The notes under the pieces are model-generated. The model searched no databases, had not been told where the DNA came from, and was given only the letters and a program-made list of their open reading frames with translations. This document shows positions 9,846-19,281 of a DNA stretch of 64,000 bases, in pieces (positions within the stretch are counted from its first letter, which is position 1; each line of letters begins with the position of its first letter). A program made the translations under genes and the position numbers. This stretch comes from a phage. Location of the stretch: NCBI GenBank assembly GCA_012441205.1, contig GCA_012441205.1_4705.1. The stretch is one strand, 5' to 3'.

Positions 9846-11432
9846 TTATTTTTTTCCTCTTAAATTTACTACGTGTTCATTTAATCGAACAACTAATTGC
9901 ACAAGCTGCTGACGGATATCTGCTGGACAAAGCATCAATCCTTTACGGTCAGCTGGGACTTTCTCAAGGATTTCCGGGCCTGCTGCTGAAACATCCCAAT
10001 CCCATTCACAAAACGCATCGGCCACCATGTTAATACCGACAACCGGTAAAGTTGTACGTTCATCTTCATACATGGCGTGTGGATACAATTTATTGACAGT
10101 AATGATCTCCTGTGGTTTTAATTGGTGGATAATCTGATAAACATCGTCGCGTTTAACCTGGATACCTACGGTAAGCGCTGCCAGTTGAGGAAAACCCCAA
10201 TGGTCTAACAAGCACGCTGCGATGGCTAACGCTTTTGCCTGATGCACGGCTTCAATCGGTGCCAGACTTCTCGCCGGAAGATGGCTATCAAGCAACCATT
10301 GTGCCAGTGCTCGGCATCCGCGGTTGATTGGTTTTAACTCAACGGTGTCATCGTGTTTAGCGTACGTGTATCCATCGTAACGTTTTGCGATACGCGCATA
10401 CATGTCTTCAACTTTACCGTAAGGTGCCGTTTCGTCGACGTCGTGCAACACACGTTCCATCTGGGTAAGATAGGCGATGTCAAGAATGAGTACACGCGGT
10501 GAACGTTTATCTTTCACCATCAACGCATCGATCACGCCTTGACTGTCTTCATCTTGCGCGTTCCCTCGTGGGGTTTTCTCACGAATCGGTCCACTGAAAC
10601 GTCGTTCCGTACAAAGGTTATTCACATAGCTAAAGATTAACGTTACCAGATGCGTACAACTCACTAACACCCCATCTTTAACGACAGGCTGTACGGCTTG
10701 GTCCAAGTCGCGTACGGCGAGACGGCGGACGATGGCTTGTGAACGCAACCAGCCAGGCACTTTCTCCGTCGACATGTAATCCACGGTCATCGACAGCGTG
10801 ATCTTTTTATCACCCGTTTGTGCGCGGATATAGTCTTCCAGTCGGTCGTAAGCGGCGATATCGTGAATGCGTGTTTTATACATCAACGACATAGCCACTT
10901 CTTCTTTACGAACCGTTCCGTACGTTTTCCCTGCGTCAATCAGAAACTCTGCCCAAATCGGCACCATCAGACGGACGTAGATCGCTAACGCCGTTAACTC
11001 AACGTAATCATTTCGTAAATAGGTTTTCTCAGGAATATCATCCTCACCTAATGTTGTTTTCATGTCCGGCGGTAATTTTACCCAACCTGGGGTATTACAC
11101 AACGCCAGAATCTCTTCGTACACAACCGGTTTGTAAATTTCACCAACAGCGCGACTCAACTCCTCCATTTGTTGTTGTGGAGCAATGTAGTTATCCATCG
11201 CTTCACGTGCTTTAACGAACCCTTCGAAGATGTCGTCAATTCGACGTGGGTTCTTTTGTTCTATCCAGGCGAGATACTTGTTAATCTCCCGCATCTGATT
11301 GCTAGCCATATCCCCATCAATCTTGATGTAACCCTGGCCTGAAAATTCCACAGTACGTCCATCACGGTGTTTGATGAGATAGTGATCCAGCTTTTCTTTT
11401 CCTTGCGTCGTAATGACGGGCACTATGTGCAT
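9846..11432 (-). CDS. hypothetical protein (downstream of a TATATTACC promoter-like element)
   Basis: start moved to ATG at 11432 (MHIVPV...) preceded by AAGAGG; the annotated N-terminal extension runs into the structured intergenic region. Confidence 0.5.
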   Translation of the reverse strand: MHIVPVITTQGKEKLDHYLIKHRDGRTVEFSGQGYIKIDGDMASNQMREINKYLAWIEQKNPRRIDDIFEGFVKAREAMDNYIAPQQQMEELSRAVGEIYKPVVYEEILALCNTPGWVKLPPDMKTTLGEDDIPEKTYLRNDYVELTALAIYVRLMVPIWAEFLIDAGKTYGTVRKEEVAMSLMYKTRIHDIAAYDRLEDYIRAQTGDKKITLSMTVDYMSTEKVPGWLRSQAIVRRLAVRDLDQAVQPVVKDGVLVSCTHLVTLIFSYVNNLCTERRFSGPIREKTPRGNAQDEDSQGVIDALMVKDKRSPRVLILDIAYLTQMERVLHDVDETAPYGKVEDMYARIAKRYDGYTYAKHDDTVELKPINRGCRALAQWLLDSHLPARSLAPIEAVHQAKALAIAACLLDHWGFPQLAALTVGIQVKRDDVYQIIHQLKPQEIITVNKLYPHAMYEDERTTLPVVGINMVADAFCEWDWDVSAAGPEILEKVPADRKGLMLCPADIRQQLVQLVVRLNEHVVNLRGKK

Positions 11433-11489
11433 AACAACCTCTTTTCGCGGTTCCCTGTTAAAACGTCTTCTGTGACGTCTACCACAAAG

Positions 11490-11520
11490 GTAATATAAGC
11501 GTGAATAATTTTGGATTCCG
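11490..11520 (-). promoter_or_regulatory. candidate early promoter (minus-strand TATATTACC with A/T-rich upstream)
   Basis: plus-strand ggtaatata at 11489-11497, shared context with three other copies; about 55 nt upstream of the gene start at 11432. Confidence 0.45.
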
Positions 11521-11618
11521 GCTGAGTTATCGCTCAGCATGCAAGGCATCCCGCCGAAGCGAGACACCTTGCACTAACGGAAAATATTCGCGTTACCTTC
11601 TGAATCGAAGACTCAGAA
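11518..11618 (-). terminator. cluster of three stem-loops downstream of the SSB-like gene
   Basis: inverted repeats gctgag/ctcagc, gcaagg/ccttgc, ttctga/tcagaa. Confidence 0.35.
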
Positions 11619-11636
11619 TGCGATGCTAAAGCATGA

Positions 11637-12428
11637 TTAGAACGCTAAGCCATCAAAGGCTACGGACGGATCATCGTCGTCATTTGCGCTTGGCGCATCC
11701 CAACGGGTATCAGGGGCCGCTGAAGCCGAACTTGATGCGTTAGAGTTACCGTTGTACTGGCCGTTACCAGCATTACGGTTACCGCCGCCGTTGTTATTGT
11801 TACGGTTATAGCTATTGTTGCCACCATTACTTACGCTACGGCTTTCACCGTCGAAATTGGTTGCGAGGATGCTCGGCAACACTGCGCGATGAATACGTAC
11901 AAATTCCAACGCACAAAGCGGAGAAACAACCCCGATCTGTAAAGGTTGCCCAGACTCATCAACCAGAGCGTGGAAACGCGGTGGCTTGAATACGAATTGG
12001 ATGTTCGGTTTTTGGTACGCGGTTACAGCGATATATACCGAACCATCATCGTTCTTACCAACCCATGTTGTACTTTCGGTAATCTGTTTCTTCTTACCTG
12101 GATTATTGCGATCGTCGATAACCTTTTCGTTCTTCATCGCAAAACGTTGGCCTGGCTTACCCTTAGCAACCTGCTCGAGGATCGCAAGCAGGTTATAGAA
12201 CGCGTATGAACTCATGCGTGCCCAAATGCTTTCGGCGCGACCCTGCTGGTCTTTACGACCTGTATAAACCGTGATGCGCGGTTGATTCTTAGCAACGCTA
12301 ATTTTCAATGAGGGGATTGAATTACCGCCCTCAACCTTTTCGTCCGCCCACAGTTTCCAGTTGTTGTCGTCATACGCTGTAGGAATAATGTTTCCTTGTG
12401 GTTTACTGCCCGAATTCCAATTGCTCAT
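11637..12428 (-). CDS. hypothetical protein with SSB-like architecture (Gly/Asn-rich linker, acidic C-terminal tip DDDDPSVAFDGLAF)
   Basis: 263-aa ORF; architecture only, no motif proof. Confidence 0.3.
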   Translation of the reverse strand: MSNWNSGSKPQGNIIPTAYDDNNWKLWADEKVEGGNSIPSLKISVAKNQPRITVYTGRKDQQGRAESIWARMSSYAFYNLLAILEQVAKGKPGQRFAMKNEKVIDDRNNPGKKKQITESTTWVGKNDDGSVYIAVTAYQKPNIQFVFKPPRFHALVDESGQPLQIGVVSPLCALEFVRIHRAVLPSILATNFDGESRSVSNGGNNSYNRNNNNGGGNRNAGNGQYNGNSNASSSASAAPDTRWDAPSANDDDDPSVAFDGLAF

Positions 12429-12501
12429 TTTCAGCCTCGTTACGTAGTGTGAATCAATTTCTGGTTCAGATGATAGTCAATATTAGTTAAAAATTACAGC
12501 C

Positions 12502-13299
12502 TCAGCGGAACATGTCCAACAGAAAACGTTTTGCGAAGGGGTCACGTAACTGGTTGACACCAAAGCGTGTACGGTCTTCCGTTGTTAATGGATTCCACTG
12601 ACTCTGTTTCGCAAGATCTAACAGCATCCTTTTTATTTTCACCGGCCCGCTATTGAACTGTACGGCTTGGTCACCGAACGTTCCCAATGTCATCTTTGTA
12701 AATGGAAGGTTCGCAACCTCTGGACGATCCCCACCAGTAAGTTTGGTCGACCACTGATGTTTTCGTTTCAAGGTTCCGGTATGGCTTTCTACCAAAATAA
12801 GTTCACCAAAACCGGTTCTTGCCAACAAGTCAGAAACATAGTGCGTGGTGATATACGATGTCTTGGTTATCGTGGGTAATTTACAATCCATCGATTCGAT
12901 ATTAGGGAGTCGATCTACAGACGCCATCAACCCACGATAAAGTGTAGCGAGTCCTTTTTGTTTTTCGGTGTGTGGCTCCTTATGTATAGCGTGCGGATAA
13001 ACACGCTTTATTGACGCATAGGTTGGCGCATATATCCGCAAACGAATATGGGGAATGAGTTCATTCACCAACTGCCTTAGCTGCAGTAACTCGTTTTGAA
13101 AATCCCCTGTTATCATCGATAACGGTAATTTATGTTGTTCAACGTCTTCAAAGCTTTCAACGAAATTGCGTGCTAAAGTACGCAGGTTGAACAACCAATC
13201 CATCGGTGTTTCTGGCTGTTGCTGTACTGCTGATAGTGTTGCTGACGTCCCTACCGATAAAGGATAATCACCTAACGTGCGGGCGTACATATTGCTCAT
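12502..13299 (-). CDS. hypothetical protein
   Basis: start set at MSNMYA with AAGGAG RBS 9 nt upstream. Confidence 0.45.
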   Translation of the reverse strand: MSNMYARTLGDYPLSVGTSATLSAVQQQPETPMDWLFNLRTLARNFVESFEDVEQHKLPLSMITGDFQNELLQLRQLVNELIPHIRLRIYAPTYASIKRVYPHAIHKEPHTEKQKGLATLYRGLMASVDRLPNIESMDCKLPTITKTSYITTHYVSDLLARTGFGELILVESHTGTLKRKHQWSTKLTGGDRPEVANLPFTKMTLGTFGDQAVQFNSGPVKIKRMLLDLAKQSQWNPLTTEDRTRFGVNQLRDPFAKRFLLDMFR

Positions 13300-13318
13300 A
13301 CCCCACAACTCCTTCTTA

Positions 13319-14461
13319 TCATGGCAACGTATCAAGCCAAGCAGAAACCTTTAAGGCATCAACGTTCGGGTATTTATTACGAATGCGTTCGACCAACAAA
13401 CGCTTAACGTTGTCCTTTGTCAAGTCTCCACCTTTCTCGATAACGTTATTGACAAAACTGTTCTTTAATAGCGACTGGTTGTTCTTGGCGTCCGTTTTAA
13501 TTGACCAAACGAAGCCTGGATACAAAGAAGGGATAGAACGAAACGTTTTCGCCGCATCGTCTTCCTTATCGCAGCGTATTCGGATATGATCACCCTTCTT
13601 CAATGGAGCCAATTCCCGTTCCAACACACGGACAATTTCATCTCCAACAAGACCATGCAGTTTTATCGTCTTGTAGACATCTGCTTTCTTGTTTTCAACA
13701 AATTCCCACTGGTCGTTAAACGTTTCCGTTAACATATAACGGAGATACCCTTTTGGACCTTCTTCACCGTGCGCCAAGCGACCGAACGAACCGCCAACCA
13801 TGATACGTCCTTTCTGGGATTGTAAGTGAATATGTCCGCTCACGATCCATCCCTGGGTCTTCTCCACCATTGCGTTATACGCATCGCTGCTATGAACACA
13901 TGTCGCTTTTAACGCTTCTGGTGGAAGCTGATATTCAAACGCACCGTGCATCAGAATGAAGTCCGGCGATCCCTTCTCATCAATAAGTCGGTTCACGGCT
14001 GACAACGTCACATCCGGGTCGTGGCTGTAGTTATCTGGAAGATAAAGTACTTTTAAACCAAAGTCTTCATCAACCATGCAGAGGTCATCGTAATAACGAA
14101 CTTTCGCTCCTATCTCCATGACCTCGTTCTGTTCAACGAACCACTGACTTTGCTTCTGGTCGTGTAAGTTGGTACCCTCAAGAAAGATCAACGTAATATC
14201 GTGTTTTCTTGCATACCGTAACAACCAGGTACCCCAGGCACGAACAGCAACCACGTCACTCGTCACAAACGTCGTGATACGATCGAAGACATCACCACTG
14301 AACGTAATCACATCAAGCAGCGCAGGATCTTCTTTTGTAATGTAATAACGCAGCTGGCTAATCAGGTTTACTGTCGGTGTTTGACGATGGATAAAGTGAA
14401 TATCCGACAAGTTGATTCCACGTAATACCCCAGGCGTTTTATTTCGACTGAAGTCTCGCAT
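13319..14461 (-). CDS. calcineurin-like metallophosphoesterase, SbcD/Mre11-type nuclease
   Basis: ordered motifs LSDIH, FSGDVFD, GTNLHD, LMHGA, GHIH. Confidence 0.7.
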   Translation of the reverse strand: MRDFSRNKTPGVLRGINLSDIHFIHRQTPTVNLISQLRYYITKEDPALLDVITFSGDVFDRITTFVTSDVVAVRAWGTWLLRYARKHDITLIFLEGTNLHDQKQSQWFVEQNEVMEIGAKVRYYDDLCMVDEDFGLKVLYLPDNYSHDPDVTLSAVNRLIDEKGSPDFILMHGAFEYQLPPEALKATCVHSSDAYNAMVEKTQGWIVSGHIHLQSQKGRIMVGGSFGRLAHGEEGPKGYLRYMLTETFNDQWEFVENKKADVYKTIKLHGLVGDEIVRVLERELAPLKKGDHIRIRCDKEDDAAKTFRSIPSLYPGFVWSIKTDAKNNQSLLKNSFVNNVIEKGGDLTKDNVKRLLVERIRNKYPNVDALKVSAWLDTLP

Positions 14462-15243
14462 CAGAATTCCTCTAAGTTGCTGCTGCTAATAGTCCCCGTC
14501 GTAGACGGCATGTTTCTACTACCCACCGACGCAGTTGTTGAAGAGGTTCTGGCTAGATTCAATCCGTTTAATAACCCACACTCTTTTACCGTACGACGTG
14601 AACCATCACGAACGTCATAAAGAGGTACGTTATAATGGTCAAAAATCCGAAGCCATTGCACGTAATCAGCAACAACATGGTCTTTGCTTTCATTCGGGGC
14701 AAAGCGATCAAGCTGATGGTCGACGTAAGCTTTAGCGCTTTCAGGATTGAAGTTATACTGTCGACGTGCTTTGTCCACCATCGCGAGGAAACATGTATTG
14801 GGGTCACGATTGATGTATGAACGCGTCCGGATAAAGATAGCCGGTACCGTAAACAGAACCTTGTTGTTATTCCCATCAGCAACGATGTTAACCGCACGAT
14901 GCGGTTGGCCTGCTATCTTACACCAATCGTGAACAATGGTGCTATTACTCAGCATCTCCGCGTATTCAGGATCCTGGGAAAACATTCCTGCGAACGGATA
15001 CAAGAAATGTTTAACGAACAGCGATTCAGGCAGGATGTTGGGACGCGTCATCTCCTGTAAACCTTTTCGTAGAAGCTCGCTATTGTCTACCAGCTCCTGC
15101 CACATGTCCGGTCGTGTTTTCGGGATGGACGGATCCTGAGCGCGGCGAATGCGCTCTTCCTCATTTACAACCACTACCCCAGCCGGATACCCCAATAAAT
15201 CCGTTCCTTCGCTAACGTTGCTGTTAGTTTGGCGCGCCTTCAT
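14461..15243 (-). CDS. hypothetical protein
   Basis: 260-aa ORF, stop/start overlap with neighbour. Confidence 0.5.
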   Translation of the reverse strand: MKARQTNSNVSEGTDLLGYPAGVVVVNEEERIRRAQDPSIPKTRPDMWQELVDNSELLRKGLQEMTRPNILPESLFVKHFLYPFAGMFSQDPEYAEMLSNSTIVHDWCKIAGQPHRAVNIVADGNNNKVLFTVPAIFIRTRSYINRDPNTCFLAMVDKARRQYNFNPESAKAYVDHQLDRFAPNESKDHVVADYVQWLRIFDHYNVPLYDVRDGSRRTVKECGLLNGLNLARTSSTTASVGSRNMPSTTGTISSSNLEEF

Positions 15244-15631
15244 TTACTTCCTCCTGCCACTTGATAAAATTACCACGCTCGGATCGCAGAACACCACCCA
15301 GATCGTACGATATACCTTTCTCTGTGACAATCCCCCCAATCTGGAGATCAACACGTTCCGTCGTCGGATCGATATACTTGACACGGACTTTCAATTCCAC
15401 GCGATCGTAATAACGCATTAAATAATCATACAACATCCGGTACGTCGCATCTTCCAATTTGGGTGCGCTATACTGCGACGTTGCAATGAGGTACGGTAGT
15501 GAAACGATGGAACCTTGATAGCAATACGACTGGGAATAATTCGATATTGCGAAATTGGTCATTAACCCATCCAGCTTTTTACCCGACGCGGTTAAAAAGC
15601 TCGACAGTCCCGGTAACGGATTCGATGCCAT
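15224..15631 (-). CDS. hypothetical protein
   Basis: 135-aa ORF. Confidence 0.45.
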   Translation of the reverse strand: MASNPLPGLSSFLTASGKKLDGLMTNFAISNYSQSYCYQGSIVSLPYLIATSQYSAPKLEDATYRMLYDYLMRYYDRVELKVRVKYIDPTTERVDLQIGGIVTEKGISYDLGGVLRSERGNFIKWQEEVNEGAPN

Positions 15632-15644
15632 GAGGAACTCCTCT

Positions 15645-16094
15645 TTAAGCGTAATTCATTCCAACCAATCTATCGTAGTTAGGCATATGCCCTAACTCCA
15701 GTTCGACGGGCATGGATACATTGGTGCGTGGTGCGTAAAATGTTCGCGTATGCATATCGATATACCCACAGTCCAAATAAACAATATCGGACAACTCCGC
15801 TGGATGTTTAGGTGCGGGAATCTTTAAGCGATTGTAACACTCAAGCTGCCACCAGGCATGAAAAAAGTTATTGTAAGCGTACGATTTACTGTTAGCAACT
15901 TTAAGTCCGTAGATCACCCATAACGCCGCCATGAAGTTGGTCGCGTTAATTCGCATCGGTTGTTCATTATTGAGCATGTACGTGTAGGTAAACAACGGTG
16001 TGTTACCATCACCGAAACGTCCGACCAAGGTATTGTTTGTGCGTTCGACCTCAAAGGAAAAATGCTGGCTGCTATTGCCATCAAAATGGATCAT
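15645..16094 (-). CDS. hypothetical protein
   Basis: start moved to MIHFDG preceded by GAGGAG; the longer ORF overlaps a hairpin. Confidence 0.4.
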   Translation of the reverse strand: MIHFDGNSSQHFSFEVERTNNTLVGRFGDGNTPLFTYTYMLNNEQPMRINATNFMAALWVIYGLKVANSKSYAYNNFFHAWWQLECYNRLKIPAPKHPAELSDIVYLDCGYIDMHTRTFYAPRTNVSMPVELELGHMPNYDRLVGMNYA

Positions 16095-16213
16095 TCCGTT
16101 CTCCTCAAGCTTTTTCATTTCATAGAGTGGTGGAAATTCGTAGAAAGTTACAAAAATAAAAAAGAATGGGCAGCCCCTCCCCACCCGAAGGTAGGGAGAG
16201 ACCGCAAATATAC

Positions 16214-16678
16214 TTAAACCAAAGCTGCGATAACGTCGTTAACATTACGGCCTCGCAACTCTGCCGCTAAACGAATAACTTCATCCAGGGAACGGTTTGT
16301 ACGAATCTTGGCCACTTTCCAATTTTCAGGATACTGTTCGAAGTTAAGCAACCAAGTCATTACCTTTGCTTGTTCCATACCGTTGAGTTTGATTGTCGTG
16401 CGCGGATTGGCTTTGAACCACTTCTTGCTCAGCTGCGCCATACGGCGAACAGGGTAAGCGTAAGCGCGAGTCCAGTCTTTGGACAGATTGTCGAGTAATT
16501 CACAGTAGCTGTTGTCGTAGTCTTTGTTGATACGACGTAATAACCAGTTGGCGGTCATCTGATAAAGTTTATCATCTTCACGTAACCGCATACCCGCTAC
16601 TGCTAAATAAATGATAAGACCTGCGCCCAGGATGAGAGACAGGATAAACAGAATTTGGGTTTCTTGTGCTAAAGTCAT
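16214..16678 (-). CDS. hypothetical membrane protein (N-terminal hydrophobic helix)
   Basis: 154 aa, ILFILSLILGAGLIIYLAVAG segment; downstream of a TATATTAC element. Confidence 0.5.
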   Translation of the reverse strand: MTLAQETQILFILSLILGAGLIIYLAVAGMRLREDDKLYQMTANWLLRRINKDYDNSYCELLDNLSKDWTRAYAYPVRRMAQLSKKWFKANPRTTIKLNGMEQAKVMTWLLNFEQYPENWKVAKIRTNRSLDEVIRLAAELRGRNVNDVIAALV

Positions 16679-16771
16679 TTTACTATCCTCGGATTTCGTT
16701 AGGATTTAATTTCCAATATAAGGGCAATGTGATATGCCTTATACAGTCGATTGATGTTGTACATCACTTAA

Positions 16772-16800
16772 GTAATATAGCCGTGAAAAATGTTGGATTA
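16772..16800 (-). promoter_or_regulatory. candidate early promoter (TATATTAC element)
   Basis: plus-strand aagtaatatagccgtgaaaaatgttgg; about 95 nt upstream of the membrane-protein gene. Confidence 0.4.
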
Positions 16801-17595
16801 ACGTGTTCTCCTATCACGATGCGTATACGACTGAAGACCGATGTCCATATGCGGTAACGTCAGCGTCTGCCAGATCTGTCGTGCGTAGCGATCGAGCGTA
16901 TGATCGTCAGTAACACAATCGACGGGTTCGATGAGGTGGGTCGTATACTGGCTTTTCTCAGAGAAAGGTTCGATGTTAGCTGTATCGCCTAATCCGCTTT
17001 TCACGGTGAAGACAAGACGTGTGACGATCATCGCCTTATGCTGCTGTTCATTATAACGAAGGCTGCGGTATACGGCATAGCTTCCTCCTTTTAAGCTTCG
17101 GGTATAACGAAGGTCGGAGGTCGTCTCGGAAATCTGATACAGCATCCAGTCCAACGTATCACGCCAGTACGCATCATCCACATCAGGAACTGTAATACCA
17201 TACCGCGTAGGTAGCAGTTCTAAAAGCAATTTATAAAGTCCGCGACGCAGACCATGCTCTTCTGTTTCCGATAAACCGTTTCCAACGTAACGTGAAATAC
17301 GTGTACGTAAATACGTACGGATGAACATATTCGCCATCAGTGTTTTCACTCTGCTACTGGTATCCTCAAAGCGATCAACGCTGAAACTCGTTTCAATCAG
17401 CCGTCCATTAAAATACAATGCGGCAACATACATCGCGTTATTGCTATCACGTTCAATGTTTAAACGACCGCAGATATTAGCCGCGTCGTTCATGGTAAAT
17501 TCTAATTTATCGTGTTCGATACGATAGATAATATCCTCTTGGGTTGCCAGGCTCGCAATGCGACGGTAGCCCGGAGAAGTACGTTTTACACTCAT
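16798..17595 (-). CDS. hypothetical protein
   Basis: start set at MSVKRT with GAGGA RBS; the first ATG of the longer ORF sits directly after the terminator hairpin. Confidence 0.45.
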   Translation of the reverse strand: MSVKRTSPGYRRIASLATQEDIIYRIEHDKLEFTMNDAANICGRLNIERDSNNAMYVAALYFNGRLIETSFSVDRFEDTSSRVKTLMANMFIRTYLRTRISRYVGNGLSETEEHGLRRGLYKLLLELLPTRYGITVPDVDDAYWRDTLDWMLYQISETTSDLRYTRSLKGGSYAVYRSLRYNEQQHKAMIVTRLVFTVKSGLGDTANIEPFSEKSQYTTHLIEPVDCVTDDHTLDRYARQIWQTLTLPHMDIGLQSYTHRDRRTR

Positions 17596-17634
17596 GATTG
17601 TCCTCGTTTTCAATTTTAAGATTGCATGCGGCAT

Positions 17635-17659
17635 AAACCCTCCCCGCCTTATGCGGGGA
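17635..17659 (-). terminator. hairpin CCCTCCCCG/CGGGGAGGG
   Basis: 9-bp stem followed by UUUAUG. Confidence 0.5.
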
Positions 17660-17677
17660 GGGCAGCCATTAAATGGA

Positions 17678-18316
17678 TTAACCTAATTTACCACCGGCGA
17701 TATTGGTGAAATCTTCGCCATCAGGAACTTGCAGTAGGATACGTGCCATGTCCCAGTTGGTTAATGTAATTGCTTTATCATCGATACTCAGTTCTGGTAG
17801 GTCGAGTTCATGATCATCAAACTCGTAGGAAATACTCCACGTTTCATCTGTTTTAGGATCGGTTATCAACACACCGTCTGTTACACGCATGTAGTCCGGG
17901 TGCAGTTCATTACTGAACGTGCCGAACGGATCGGTGTAACATTCAGCATACCCCTCGATCTGCTGACGCTGTGCCTTCGTACGTAATTCAGGGCACGCCA
18001 TGATCAGTTGTCGAGATATGCCGTTTGCAGCTCGGAAATCCTCCACGGTGTTACATGGCATAACCACATCGTCATGGAAGATGTTCTCCGATTGTCTCAG
18101 CAAAGTCTTACGGAGTTCAGCATAGTTTATCTGATTGAATGCGTCGAACGTTGCTAACGATTCAGCGTAAAAATGCTTTACGTGTTCGCTTGCGCCGCCG
18201 AGGCTATTCATCAGCTTGTGGCCGTACTCCATAAAGCTTTTATCGAGACCGGAGGACATTTCTCCGAACCTCAGTGCACGATAACTGTCTCGTCCACCTG
18301 TAAATATTTGCGCCAT
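17678..18316 (-). CDS. hypothetical protein
   Basis: 212-aa ORF. Confidence 0.5.
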   Translation of the reverse strand: MAQIFTGGRDSYRALRFGEMSSGLDKSFMEYGHKLMNSLGGASEHVKHFYAESLATFDAFNQINYAELRKTLLRQSENIFHDDVVMPCNTVEDFRAANGISRQLIMACPELRTKAQRQQIEGYAECYTDPFGTFSNELHPDYMRVTDGVLITDPKTDETWSISYEFDDHELDLPELSIDDKAITLTNWDMARILLQVPDGEDFTNIAGGKLG

Positions 18317-18331
18317 TACAGGCGTCCTCCT

Positions 18332-18556
18332 TTAGCAATGGTTGTTAGTTGCTTCTATTTCGTCAAGATAAGGTTCTACGTCATCGCCCTCCACGAATTC
18401 GTTGAACCAACAGTCAATAGTGGAAATAACCGGTGACTGGTGTTCACATTTCTTAGATACCTTAAAAGGTACGTTATTATCCATCATACCGAGTTCGGGT
18501 CGAAAACGCCCGAAATGTTTCGCAGTCCAAATGTCTGGGACGATATGGTTGTTCAT
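18332..18556 (-). CDS. beta-prime N-like subunit, exon 3 (MNNHIVP...)
   Basis: MNNHIVP...GMMDNNVP...SPVISTID aligns with beta-prime QMAVHVP...LMMSTNNI...PIIVPSQD directly after DFDGD; in frame with the micro-exon. Confidence 0.55.
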   Translation of the reverse strand: MNNHIVPDIWTAKHFGRFRPELGMMDNNVPFKVSKKCEHQSPVISTIDCWFNEFVEGDDVEPYLDEIEATNNHC

Positions 18557-18916
18557 CAATATCTTCAATACGAATCGCTACTTCGTATCCGCAGCATTAC
18601 CTGCAGCTCCTGGTGTTACCAGGATGTTGAGAGTATATCATGTCCATATTCCAAATGGAACGTAGGACTTCCGCGCTGGATCTCGCTTGAGACCACTTAC
18701 TCGTTGAACGTTCTCCTAAAAGGAGCTTCGCTGCTGATTGGACATTGTTACGTACGGTAGGCGTCCCACTAAAGGGATTTTCATTGAAGCCGCGTACATC
18801 CGTTACCTTGTTTCTACCTTATCGGTTCCTCTTACGAGGCGTAACGGCTTTAGCCTATTCCAGCAATTCACGGAATGCATATTCTCCTTTTCAGGAGATA
18901 AGGCCATGGCTCTGGC
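18557..18916 (-). mobile_element. group I self-splicing intron 2 (ORF-less, about 360 nt; 5' boundary approximate)
   Basis: diverged tandem copy of intron 1 with the same P/Q/R/S order; P7 pairs compensate (GAGUA/UACUC versus GAUCA/UGAUC); 3' end GAAGATATTG| before ATGAAC. Confidence 0.6.
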
Positions 18917-18931
18917 ATCACCGTCAAAGTC
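18917..18931 (-). CDS. beta-prime N-like subunit, 15-nt micro-exon GACTTTGACGGTGAT (DFDGD)
   Basis: joins in frame to exon 1 to rebuild NADFDGD; the 5' splice site of the following intron is not resolved, so the exon could be a few codons longer. Confidence 0.55.
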
Positions 18932-19281
18932 CACGTATCTTCAGTATGAATCGCTACTTCATACCCGCAGCATTACCTGCAGCTCCTGGTGTTACCAGGA
19001 CGGAGAGATCATCTCATCACCCACGAAGGGTGTTCCGCGCTACCCTCAGCGAATTCGAGGGACATGATCGTTGAACCTTCCACCGATGATCGATGGCTAG
19101 GCTGCTGATTGGACATTGTGCGTTGGGGTGGCATCCTGGTTCAGGACTGTCATTGAAGCCTCCCAACATCCACTCACTTATTTCCGCCTCATCGGCTCCC
19201 ACAAGGGCAGAGTGGCTTTAGCCCGTCTCAGCAATTCACGGAATTCAAGCTCTTCCTTTCGGAAGGCAGGGCCTCATTTGA
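18932..19281 (-). mobile_element. group I self-splicing intron 1 (ORF-less, 350 nt)
   Basis: exon ends GCU| with a possible U.G pair in P1 (GCUUC/GAGGC); P-like GAATTGCTG, Q-like AATCAGCAGC, R-like GTTCAACGATCA, S-like GATGATCTC; 3' end GAAGATACGTG| before GAC. Confidence 0.7.

Larger units (their letters stand above)
18557..19281 (-). repeat. tandem duplication of two diverged group I intron copies
   Basis: shared blocks gctgctgattggacattgt, cagcaattcacggaat, cattacctgcagctcctggtgttaccagga at about 370-nt spacing. Confidence 0.8.

Noticed and set aside
18557-18577. Alternative exon 3 start at CGATTC (RFVLKIL...) with splice after GAAGTAG
   Set aside because: It would insert seven residues between DFDGD and MNNHIVP and does not match the GAAGATA-NNN-G 3' end shared by the other two introns; kept as a less likely alternative.
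18440-19074. Plus-strand ORFs 18440-18760 and 18738-19074 sharing peptide LQYESLL.RSITCSSWCYQD
   Set aside because: The repeated peptide is a translation artefact of the tandem intron copies on the opposite strand.
19228-19281. C-terminal tail ...SNEALPSERKSLNSVNC of the 434-aa ORF
   Set aside because: Similarity to beta-prime stops exactly at GYNA and this stretch coincides with the 5' end of the intron (P1/P2 region); read-through of intron sequence, not coding.
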